Source: an uncultured Acidobacteriota bacterium (lineage in GTDB: Bacteria; Acidobacteriota; Thermoanaerobaculia; Multivoradales; JAGPDF01). Taken from it: a DNA stretch of 64,000 nucleotides. The notes under the pieces are model-generated. The model saw nothing but the letters and a program-made list of their open reading frames with translations. It was not told the origin of the DNA and did not search any database. Positions 47,821 to 55,693 of this stretch are shown piece by piece. The DNA lies in the NCBI GenBank assembly GCA_963781755.1, contig CAWAGZ010000004.1, forward strand, positions 143,614 to 207,613. Reading direction: 5' to 3'. The translations under genes and the position numbers were made by a program. Within the stretch, counting starts at the first letter, position 1. Each line of letters opens with the position of its first letter.

Positions 47821-50078
47821 GCCGGGCGATCCGCCGCCTCCCGGTGGCGCTCCGGACGGCGCTTCCGCTCGCGCTCCTGGTCTTCCCGTGGAGCGGATGC
47901 TCGCCCGCGGCGCGACCGCCGGTCGTGGTCGAGGCCGACCTGACCGAGCTCGTGCCGGCGGCCGACGCCTGGTCGGAGACCGGAGCCCTCCGGCTCGGCG
48001 ACGGCGAGCCGCACGAGGAGGTCCTGGGTGGTTTCGGCGCGGCGGCCAACGGTGGCGCGGCGTCCTTCGCCTGGGGTCTGGCAGGAGGCTCGCTGGTCGA
48101 GTTCCGCCGCGCCGACGCAACCGGATTCCGGCTGCGCATGGAGGGCTGGAGCCCCGCGTCCGGAGCCACCGCGGCCCGGCCGGTGAAGGTGGCGGTCAAC
48201 GGCGTCGCGGTCGGCACGGTCGAGATCGGCGGCGCGCGCTCCACCGTGGGGCTCGAGATCCCGGGCCGGGCGCTGCGGCCGGGCCCCAATCGGCTCGAGC
48301 TCGACTATCCGGGGGTCTCCTGGGCGCATGGCGGACGCCGGCCGCGCGTCGTGGCCTGGAGCGGCTTCCGGTTCGGGGACGGGCGCGACCGCGGGCGCCG
48401 GGGCGGTGCGGTAGCGCCGTCCGGGATCCACCTCGCGGCACGCTCCGGCCTCGACTTCTACCTCGAGCCCACGCCCGGGAGCCGCCTGGAGATCGACCGC
48501 GCGGACGCGCGCGGCGGTGCCCGACTGGAGGTCGACGTCGCCTGCGAAGGGGAGTCGCCGCGCTTCGCGGCGCTATCGAGCACCGGCGCGCGTCGCCTGG
48601 AGGTGTCTCTCCGGCCTGCGGGAGCGGCGGTCGAGCCCTGCCGCTTGACGCTGCGCGCGGCGGGCGCGGCCGGCGCGGACGCCGGCGTGGACGTGGCGGC
48701 GGCGCGTGTCGTCCGGCCCCCGGGCGCAGACGCCGCCGGGCCGGCGGCCGTCCCGGCGGCCGCTCCGGCCGAGCGACGGCCGGCGCGCCCGAACCTGGTC
48801 GTCTACCTGGTCGACACGCTGCGCGCGGACCATCTCGGGGCCTACGGCTGTCCGCGCGCGTTGACGCCCCACATCGACCGCTTCGCGGGCGAGGGCGTCG
48901 TCGTCGAGCGGGCCCGGGCGCAGAGCTCCTGGACCCGGCCGGCCGTGGCCACGATCGTCACCGGCCTGGATCCCCTGCGGCTGGGGGTGACCGGGGGCTA
49001 CAGCAAGCTGCCCGGGGAGGCGCGGACGCTGGGCGAGCGCCTCCACGCCGCCGGCTACCGGACCGGATTCGTCACCCCCAACGGCAACGTCTCGGCCGAG
49101 TTCGGCTTCGACCAGGGCTTCGACTACTTCCGCTACGACCGGACGGAGGACCTGCCCGGAGCGGAGGGCGAGATCGCCGCCTCGACCCACCGGGTCTTCG
49201 ACTCGGTGGGCGAGTTCCTCGACCGGCGCGCGCCCGACCGCCCCTTCTTCCTCTACGTCCACACGGTCGAGCCGCACGCTCCCTACCGTCCGGTCGCGCG
49301 CTTCCGCCGGCGCTTCGCGCCGGATGCCGACCCGGACCTGGGCGAACGGCGCGAGCTGGGACGCCTGGCGACGCGGAACCTGCCGCGCACGGCCGCGCGG
49401 GTGCGTCAGGTCAAGGAGCTCTACGACGCCGAGGTGGCCACCGCCGACGCCGGTTTCGGCCGCTTCCTGGACGACCTGCGCGGGCGCGGTCTCCTGGCGA
49501 CGACCGCGATCGTCTTCCTCGGCGACCACGGCGAGGAGCTCTTCGACCACGGCAACGTGGAGCACGGCAGGACGCTCTACGAGGAGCAGCTGCGCGTGCC
49601 GATGATCTGGCGCCTTCCGGCGGGGGCCGGCGGCGGCCGGCGGATCGCCGGCCACGCCGACCAGCTCGACGTCACGCCGACGCTGCTCGACCTCGCCGGC
49701 CTGCCGGCGGACCCGCAACTGCCGGGAAGCAGCCTGACGCCGGTTCTGGAAGGCCGCGGCGCGCTGCCGGAACGTCCTTCCGTGGCCTACCTCGACCGGT
49801 TCTCCTTCGACCTGCAGTCGGTGGTGTCGGAGGATCGCAAGTTGATCCGGGACCGCTCTCCGGCGGCGCGGCTCGCGGTCTACCGGGACCGGCTCTTCGA
49901 CCTCCGAACGGATGCCGGCGAGCGCCGCGACCTGGCCGAACGCCGACCGATCCTGCGCGGCCTGCTCTCCTCCCTGCTGCGGGGTTTCCGCGCCCGTTGG
50001 GGACCGCCGCTCGAGACCGGCCGCGCCGTCCTCGATCCCGGGCTCGAGCGCGACCTCAAGGCGCTCGGCTATCTCTAG
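47817..50078 (+). CDS. sulfatase-fold (alkaline-phosphatase superfamily) lipoprotein, paralogue B
   Basis: In-frame part of ORF 47058..50078. ATG 47817 overlaps the upstream stop (ATGA). Lipobox-like PWSGC. Core RPNLVVYLVDTLRADHLGAYGC...RAQSSWTRPAVATIVTG...LGDHGEELFDHGNVEHGRTLYEEQLRVP. Same domain order as 44189..46459. Confidence 0.85.
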   Translation: MSRAIRRLPVALRTALPLALLVFPWSGCSPAARPPVVVEADLTELVPAADAWSETGALRLGDGEPHEEVLGGFGAAANGGAASFAWGLAGGSLVEFRRADATGFRLRMEGWSPASGATAARPVKVAVNGVAVGTVEIGGARSTVGLEIPGRALRPGPNRLELDYPGVSWAHGGRRPRVVAWSGFRFGDGRDRGRRGGAVAPSGIHLAARSGLDFYLEPTPGSRLEIDRADARGGARLEVDVACEGESPRFAALSSTGARRLEVSLRPAGAAVEPCRLTLRAAGAAGADAGVDVAAARVVRPPGADAAGPAAVPAAAPAERRPARPNLVVYLVDTLRADHLGAYGCPRALTPHIDRFAGEGVVVERARAQSSWTRPAVATIVTGLDPLRLGVTGGYSKLPGEARTLGERLHAAGYRTGFVTPNGNVSAEFGFDQGFDYFRYDRTEDLPGAEGEIAASTHRVFDSVGEFLDRRAPDRPFFLYVHTVEPHAPYRPVARFRRRFAPDADPDLGERRELGRLATRNLPRTAARVRQVKELYDAEVATADAGFGRFLDDLRGRGLLATTAIVFLGDHGEELFDHGNVEHGRTLYEEQLRVPMIWRLPAGAGGGRRIAGHADQLDVTPTLLDLAGLPADPQLPGSSLTPVLEGRGALPERPSVAYLDRFSFDLQSVVSEDRKLIRDRSPAARLAVYRDRLFDLRTDAGERRDLAERRPILRGLLSSLLRGFRARWGPPLETGRAVLDPGLERDLKALGYL

Positions 50079-50090
50079 AAGGCGGTCGCC

Positions 50091-51386
50091 CTAGCCGGGC
50101 CGCGCTTCGAGCAGGCCGGCGCCGAGCAGGGCGTCGGCCGCCTCGCGCACGACCGCGAACGGCAGGCGCGAGCGCTCGGCGACCGCCAGCAGGTCGTGCT
50201 CGCCGTCGGCGAGATTGAGCACCCAGAGCAGCGCGATCTCGCGTTCGCGGCCGGTCTCGCCGCCGCCGATCGATCGGTAGAGGCCGCGCCGGCCGAGCAT
50301 CGGCTCGCCCTTCGGTTGCAGGTTGACGTAACGCACGTTGCCTTCCAGCACGTCGACGACCGCGCGGTAGGCGGCCAGCGAGCTCTCGAGGTGGGCGGGG
50401 CGGATGAAGGCGAGATCGTCGGCCGAGGTGTGGTACTCGGGGTAGCGTCCCCACGGCGTGCGGGTGAGCGAGCCGACGGGCAGGTCGTAGCCGGGCGAGT
50501 TGTACTGGCGCTCGTCGTAGCCGAAGGGGACGAAGTCCTCGACGTCGAGCGGCTCGCCGAGGCCCGCGAGCGCGAGCGGGACGGCGCGGTCGACGACCGC
50601 GTCGCCGCGGCGGCTGCGCTTGTAGTGGAAGCGACCGCCGTCGCCCAGCCCGGCGGCGACCAGGCCGTGGCGGATCCTCGCGGCCTCGGCCTCGTGGGTC
50701 GCCAGCCAGGCGATGGCGCCGATCGTTCCGGGGAGCCAGAGGAAGCGGTAGGAGAGGCGCCGGCGCGGACGGGCCGCGAGCTCGTGGGCCAGCGCCGCGG
50801 TCACGACCATGCCGGAGAGGTTGTCGTTGGCGAGCGACGGGTGGCAGCAGTGGGTCGAGATCAGGACCGTGTCGTCCGACTCGCCCGGCAGCGCGCACTC
50901 GCCCCAGGTCATCGAGCCGTCGCGGTGCTCGGCGTCGATCTCCACCTCGTAGTCGCCCTCGGGCAGCTCCGAGGCGACGCGGTGCGGCAGGCAGAAGCCC
51001 CAGTCGTCGCGGTAGTAGGAGGTCCGGTAGGGGACGACGTCGGGCCGGTCGGCGAGCGAGTGGAGGTGACGGCGCAGCTCGGCGAGCGGGATCCGGCCCC
51101 GGAAACCGACGCTGAAGTTGAGCACCTCGAGATTGTGTCGGCCGGCGTCGGCGATCACCCGTCCGTCCGGCGCCGTGAGCCGCGCCCGGCGCAGGACCCA
51201 CTCCTTGGGAACGCGCCAGTCGAGCACCTGGGTGCCGCTGGCGATCTCGTGGCGCTCGATCGGCGCGTGCTCGGCGAGGATGGCGAGCGACTCCCGGACC
51301 CCCGGCCCGGTCACGCTGCGCAGGATCGGGTAGAGGCGGGCGGCGAGCGCGTGCAGCGATCGGCCGGAGGAGAGCGGGGTCTTCAT
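50091..51386 (-). CDS. DUF4910/DUF2172 aminopeptidase-like protein (polysaccharide-cluster associated)
   Basis: C-terminal 431 aa of ORF 50091..53456, from ATG 51386. ...VLDWRVPKEWVLRRA...VLISTHCCHPSLANDNLSGMVV...LWLPGTIGAIAWL... matches my memory of COG4310-type proteins. Confidence 0.7.
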   Translation of the reverse strand: MKTPLSSGRSLHALAARLYPILRSVTGPGVRESLAILAEHAPIERHEIASGTQVLDWRVPKEWVLRRARLTAPDGRVIADAGRHNLEVLNFSVGFRGRIPLAELRRHLHSLADRPDVVPYRTSYYRDDWGFCLPHRVASELPEGDYEVEIDAEHRDGSMTWGECALPGESDDTVLISTHCCHPSLANDNLSGMVVTAALAHELAARPRRRLSYRFLWLPGTIGAIAWLATHEAEAARIRHGLVAAGLGDGGRFHYKRSRRGDAVVDRAVPLALAGLGEPLDVEDFVPFGYDERQYNSPGYDLPVGSLTRTPWGRYPEYHTSADDLAFIRPAHLESSLAAYRAVVDVLEGNVRYVNLQPKGEPMLGRRGLYRSIGGGETGREREIALLWVLNLADGEHDLLAVAERSRLPFAVVREAADALLGAGLLEARPG

Positions 51387-51473
51387 CGTCGCCTGGCGAG
51401 CCAGTCTAACCCGCGCTCCCGCCGCGCGCCGAGGGACGCGGCGTAAGATCGAGGCCGAACCCGCGACCCGGAG

Positions 51474-53501
51474 GTGCCCGTGACGCGTCCGCCCCGCCTT
51501 CTCGTCCCCGCGCTCCTGCTCGCCCTGGTCGGAGCCGGGGCGCCGACGCCGGCGGCCGCCGGCGCGACCGAGGTGCGCCATCCCGAGGATCTGTTCGTCG
51601 TCGACTGTCTGCTGCCGGCGAAGGTGCGCAGCCTGGGCCGGATGACCAAGTTCGCGGCCCCGCGGCGGGTGGCGCGGCTGTCGGCTCACGAGTGCTCCTT
51701 GCGCGGCGGCGAGTTCAGCCGCGACCCGGAGGACAACGCCTACGCGTTGCAGGCCTGGCTGGCCCAGGCCGACGGCGGCGACGCCGAGGCGATGAACAAC
51801 GTCGGCGAGATCTACGAGCAGGGCGTGCGCGGCGCTCCGGACTACGTCCGGGCCGCGGAGTGGTACCGCAAGGCCGCCGAGGCCGGCAGCCGGCGCGCGC
51901 AGACCAACCTCGCGACGCTCTACGAGCAGGGCAAGGGGGTCGGGCAGGACGCGGGCGCGGCGCTGGCCTGGTATCGCCGGGCGGCCGGGATGACGACGCC
52001 GGTGGACCTCGCGGCGCAGAAGGAGATCGACGCGTTGCGCGCCGATCTCGAGCGGGCGCGTGGCGAGGCCGCCGACGCCCGCGGCGAGCTCGACCGCCTG
52101 GGCGGCGAGCTCGAGGGAGCCCGCGCCGAGCTCGCGGCGGCGGAACGGCGTGCCGAGGAGCTGCGCTCCCGGGCGGACGCGGCGGTCCGGGACGCGACCG
52201 CGGCGCGCGCCGAGGCCGAGCGCGCGAAGCGGGACGAGGACGCCGGGAAGTCGCCCGCTCCGGCGGTCGCCGAGGCGACCGCGGCGGTCGAGACCAAGCG
52301 CCAGAGGGTGGCCGAGCTCGAGGCCGCGCAGGACCGCTACCGGCGGCTGCTCGGCGAGCTCGAGGCGCAGGAGCGTTCCGGCGACCGGATCGCCGCGCTG
52401 CGCGCCGCCGACCTGGTCGGCAAGCCGGGTCCCTCGATCCAGTTCGTCCACCCCGACGTGCTGGCCACGCGCGGACCCTCGTTGGCGCCGTTGCCGGCGG
52501 ACGGCTCCGAAGTCGAGGTGGTGGGACGCGTCGAGGCACCGTTGGGCTTGGCCTCGTTGCTCGCCGACGGCCGGTCCGTGACGCCGGACGCGGCGGGTTG
52601 GTTCAAGGTCCGGTTCCCGGCCCGGGCCGGAGCCACCGTGCGCTTCGTCGCCCTCGACCGCGCCAGCCGCAAGGCCGAGGCCGAGATCCAGTTCGTGCGC
52701 CCCGCCGCTCCCGCCGCCCAGGCGCCGCCGCCGGCTCCCGGCACGACCGCGGCGCGGCCCTCGGACGGGCGCGCCTTCGCGCTCGTGGTGGCGGACGGCG
52801 CTTACCGGAATCTGGCGCCGCTGGCGACGGCGAAGTCCGACGGCGAGGCGATCGCCGAGGTGCTCCGGGATCGCTTCGGGTACCAGACGACGCTGCTCGC
52901 GGACGCGACCTTCCTCGACACGATGCGCGCGCTGACCGACCTCGGCGCCCGCCTGCGCCGGGGCGATGACCTGCTGGTCTACTTCGCCGGCCACGGACGG
53001 CTGGCCGCCGACGGTCTCAAGGGCTACTGGCTGCCCGTCGACGCCGTGCCGGACGACGCCTCGACCTGGATTCCCAACGCGGCGATCGCCCGCCTGCTCG
53101 GCACCTTCGCGGCGGACCGGATCCTGGTGATCTCGGATTCCTGCTACGCGGGCACGTTGGCGGGCGGCGCGCTGCTGCCCGGTGCGCCGGAGGCGGGACC
53201 GGCCGCCGCGGCAGGGGACCGGGGCAGGTCGCGCCTGGTGCTGACTTCGGGGGGTCTGCAACCGGTGCTCGACGAGGGCGGCGACGGCAAGCACTCGATC
53301 TTCGCCCGCGCCCTGCTGACCGTCCTCCAGCTCGCCGAGCGGCCGCTCTCGGCCGGCCAGGTCGCCGCGGCGGTGGCGGCGCGCGTGTCCTTCAAGGCGC
53401 GCCAGCTCGGGCTCTCCCAGACCCCGGAGCTGGCCCCGATCCGCGCCGCGGGCCACGAGGCGGGCGGCTACGTCCTCGCGCCCGTGACCGCCGGCGGCTG
53501 A
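51474..53501 (+). CDS. exported Sel1-repeat / coiled-coil / caspase-like (peptidase C14) protein
   Basis: 675 aa. Signal peptide MPVTRPPRLLVPALLLALVGAGAPTPAAAGA. Sel1 repeats AEAMNNVGEIYEQGVRGAPDYVRAAEWYRKAAEAGSRRAQTNLATLYEQGKGVGQDAGAALAWYRRAA. About 120 aa of Ala/Glu/Arg coiled coil. C-terminal caspase fold with His in LLVYFAGHGRL and Cys in ILVISDSCYAG. Confidence 0.8.
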   Translation: MPVTRPPRLLVPALLLALVGAGAPTPAAAGATEVRHPEDLFVVDCLLPAKVRSLGRMTKFAAPRRVARLSAHECSLRGGEFSRDPEDNAYALQAWLAQADGGDAEAMNNVGEIYEQGVRGAPDYVRAAEWYRKAAEAGSRRAQTNLATLYEQGKGVGQDAGAALAWYRRAAGMTTPVDLAAQKEIDALRADLERARGEAADARGELDRLGGELEGARAELAAAERRAEELRSRADAAVRDATAARAEAERAKRDEDAGKSPAPAVAEATAAVETKRQRVAELEAAQDRYRRLLGELEAQERSGDRIAALRAADLVGKPGPSIQFVHPDVLATRGPSLAPLPADGSEVEVVGRVEAPLGLASLLADGRSVTPDAAGWFKVRFPARAGATVRFVALDRASRKAEAEIQFVRPAAPAAQAPPPAPGTTAARPSDGRAFALVVADGAYRNLAPLATAKSDGEAIAEVLRDRFGYQTTLLADATFLDTMRALTDLGARLRRGDDLLVYFAGHGRLAADGLKGYWLPVDAVPDDASTWIPNAAIARLLGTFAADRILVISDSCYAGTLAGGALLPGAPEAGPAAAAGDRGRSRLVLTSGGLQPVLDEGGDGKHSIFARALLTVLQLAERPLSAGQVAAAVAARVSFKARQLGLSQTPELAPIRAAGHEAGGYVLAPVTAGG

Positions 53502-53504
53502 CGG

Positions 53505-55688
53505 CTAGCGGGCAGGCGGCGCAGACGCGGCGCGCAGCACCGCGGCGAGCTTGGCGCGGGCGTCGGCGGCGGCGTCGGCGGCCTGGAAGGCGAGGTCGAG
53601 CTGGCGCTCGCTTCGCGCTCGAGCGGCGAGCTTCTCGGCTTGGTCGACGAGCCGCTTGGTGGCCTCGAAGTCGGCCTCGAGCTGCGGTCGGGACGCCCAC
53701 ATCGCGGCCACTTCGGCGGCGGTCTTCGAACCCTCGACCTCCGCGATCTGGCGTTCCAGGAGAGACACCGCCTCGTCCACGGGACGCAGCTGCTGCTCGA
53801 CGTCCGGAGCCGTCGCGCAGCCCGCGCGCAGCGTCGGCAGCAGTGCCGCCTCGGGGGTCGAGGCGACGACGCCCTGCCGCTCCGAGGCGTCGAGCGCCTT
53901 GAGCCCCTCGTCGCAGTCCCCGCCGGTGACCAGCGCCTGGCCGAGGTGGAACCACGGCAGGTAGCCGCGGCGTTCGACGCCGTCGGCGGCGACCGCCGCG
54001 CGCAGCCGTTTCGCCGCCGTGACGGGATCGCGGGCGGCCAGCGCGGTGAGCCCCTCGCGATAGGCGACGGGGACGTTCGCGCCATCGCCTCCGCCCGGCT
54101 CGGTGCCGTTCATTCCGCGCCAGAGCTGCCAGCCGCCGACGGCCACGACCGCGGCCAGCGCCGCGATCGCGAGCCCGGGCAGGAGCCGCGAGGCGCGCCT
54201 CGGCCGCGCGCCCGGCGCCGGGGCTGCGGGTGGAGCGTCGTAGCGCGGACCGGGCGCGGCGGAGACTCCGGGCGCCGCCGCAGGAGCCGGCGCCGGGGGC
54301 GCGGCCTCCACCACCGGGATCTCCGCCGTCGGCGCTTCGTGCCAGGAGGGAACGGCTGGGCGATGGGCGCCGAGGTCTCCGCTCGCGGACGTTCCCGTCG
54401 TCTGCTGGGCGGAACGGATCGCGCGCGCTTCGTCGGCGCGGCGGCGGGCGTCGATGCGCGCCGCGAGCGAGCGCGCCCGCGCGTCGTTCGGCCAGCGCGT
54501 CAGCACCTCGGTGATCCGCGACAGAGCGGCCGGGACGTCGCCCGCCGCGAGCGCCGTCTCGGCGCCTTCGAGCTGCCGTTCGAGCCGCTCGGCCTCGGCC
54601 TCGGCGGCCTGCCGCTCCCGCTGCCGCGCTTCGATCCGCTGGCCCAGCTCGAGCAGCTCCGGCTCGCTGCCGAGCTTCTCCGCGGCCTCGGCCACGCGCG
54701 CCCGGGCGGCGTCGAACTCGCCGCGGTCGAGCGCCGAGAGCACCGCGCTCCCGACCTCGACCAACTCGTGCTCGCGCCAGCTCCGGGCGCCCTCGCGCGC
54801 GCCGTCGATCAGGCGCGACATCTCGGCGCGCGAGCGGGGGGGCAGGCGCGACGCGATCGCCGCGAGCTGGTCGGCGAGGGCTTCGGCGCTGGCCGGTCGT
54901 TCGGACGGCTGCTTCGCCATGCACGACATGAGCAGCGCGCGCAGGTCGTGGGGCACGCGCCCCTCCGGGTCGGAGACGTCGAACGCCATCGGCTCGCCGT
55001 GCAGGTGCGCCGCGATCAGGGAGGCGAGGTCGTGACCGCGGATCGGGTAGCAGCCGGTGACCAGCTCGTAGAGCAGGACGCCGAACGAGTAGAGGTCCGC
55101 GCGGGCGTCGATGTCCGGGGAGGCGAGTTGCTCGGGCGAGGAGTAGCGCGGCTTGCCGAGGTAGAGCGAGGTGGCGGTGCCCTTCCCCTCGCCGCCGCGC
55201 AGCGTCTTGACGATCCCGAGGTCGATGAGCTTGACCAGCGGCTCGCCCTCGTGGTCCCGCGTGAGCATCAGGTTGTCGGGTGCGATGTCGCGGTGGACGA
55301 AGCCCTTGCGGTGGAGGAACCCCAGCGCGCGCAGCGCCTGGCGGGCGATCGCCAGGTCGAGGCCGAGGTCGCGCGCTTCGGGCCGGCGGCCGAGCTCCTC
55401 GAGGGTCAGCCCGTCGATGTACTCGAGGACGATCGAGGCGTTGCCCTCTTCGTCCACCGAGAAGTCGTAGAGCTGGGCGATGTTGGGGTGGCGCAGCTGG
55501 ATCGCGGCCTTGGCCTCGCGCAGGAAACGCTGGCGCAGGTCCTCGTCCGTGTTGAGCTGGGAGCGCAGCACCTTGACCACCCGCAGCTCGTCGAGCAGCC
55601 GGTGGCGGACGAGGTAGATCGCCCCCATGCCCCCCTCGCGGAGCTTGCGGACGACCTCGTACTTGGGATCGACGCGTGGCGCGAGCAA
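53505..55688 (-). CDS. membrane Ser/Thr protein kinase (Hanks type) with coiled coil, Pro-rich linker, one TM helix and extracytoplasmic helical domain
   Basis: C-terminal 727 aa of ORF 53505..56963. The only plausible start downstream of the autotransporter stop is TTG 55688..55686. Motifs: REGGMGAIYLV, VVKVL, HRDIAPDNLML, IDLG, SSPE. TM helix LLPGLAIAALAAVVAVGGWQLW. Confidence 0.8.
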   Translation of the reverse strand: MLAPRVDPKYEVVRKLREGGMGAIYLVRHRLLDELRVVKVLRSQLNTDEDLRQRFLREAKAAIQLRHPNIAQLYDFSVDEEGNASIVLEYIDGLTLEELGRRPEARDLGLDLAIARQALRALGFLHRKGFVHRDIAPDNLMLTRDHEGEPLVKLIDLGIVKTLRGGEGKGTATSLYLGKPRYSSPEQLASPDIDARADLYSFGVLLYELVTGCYPIRGHDLASLIAAHLHGEPMAFDVSDPEGRVPHDLRALLMSCMAKQPSERPASAEALADQLAAIASRLPPRSRAEMSRLIDGAREGARSWREHELVEVGSAVLSALDRGEFDAARARVAEAAEKLGSEPELLELGQRIEARQRERQAAEAEAERLERQLEGAETALAAGDVPAALSRITEVLTRWPNDARARSLAARIDARRRADEARAIRSAQQTTGTSASGDLGAHRPAVPSWHEAPTAEIPVVEAAPPAPAPAAAPGVSAAPGPRYDAPPAAPAPGARPRRASRLLPGLAIAALAAVVAVGGWQLWRGMNGTEPGGGDGANVPVAYREGLTALAARDPVTAAKRLRAAVAADGVERRGYLPWFHLGQALVTGGDCDEGLKALDASERQGVVASTPEAALLPTLRAGCATAPDVEQQLRPVDEAVSLLERQIAEVEGSKTAAEVAAMWASRPQLEADFEATKRLVDQAEKLAARARSERQLDLAFQAADAAADARAKLAAVLRAASAPPAR

Positions 55689-55693
55689 CTCCG

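Noticed and set aside
50091-53456. 1121-aa minus-strand ORF
   Set aside because: Only the last 431 aa (from ATG 51386) look like a real DUF4910-type protein. The N-terminal 690 aa are antisense to the Sel1-caspase gene and are compositionally aberrant.
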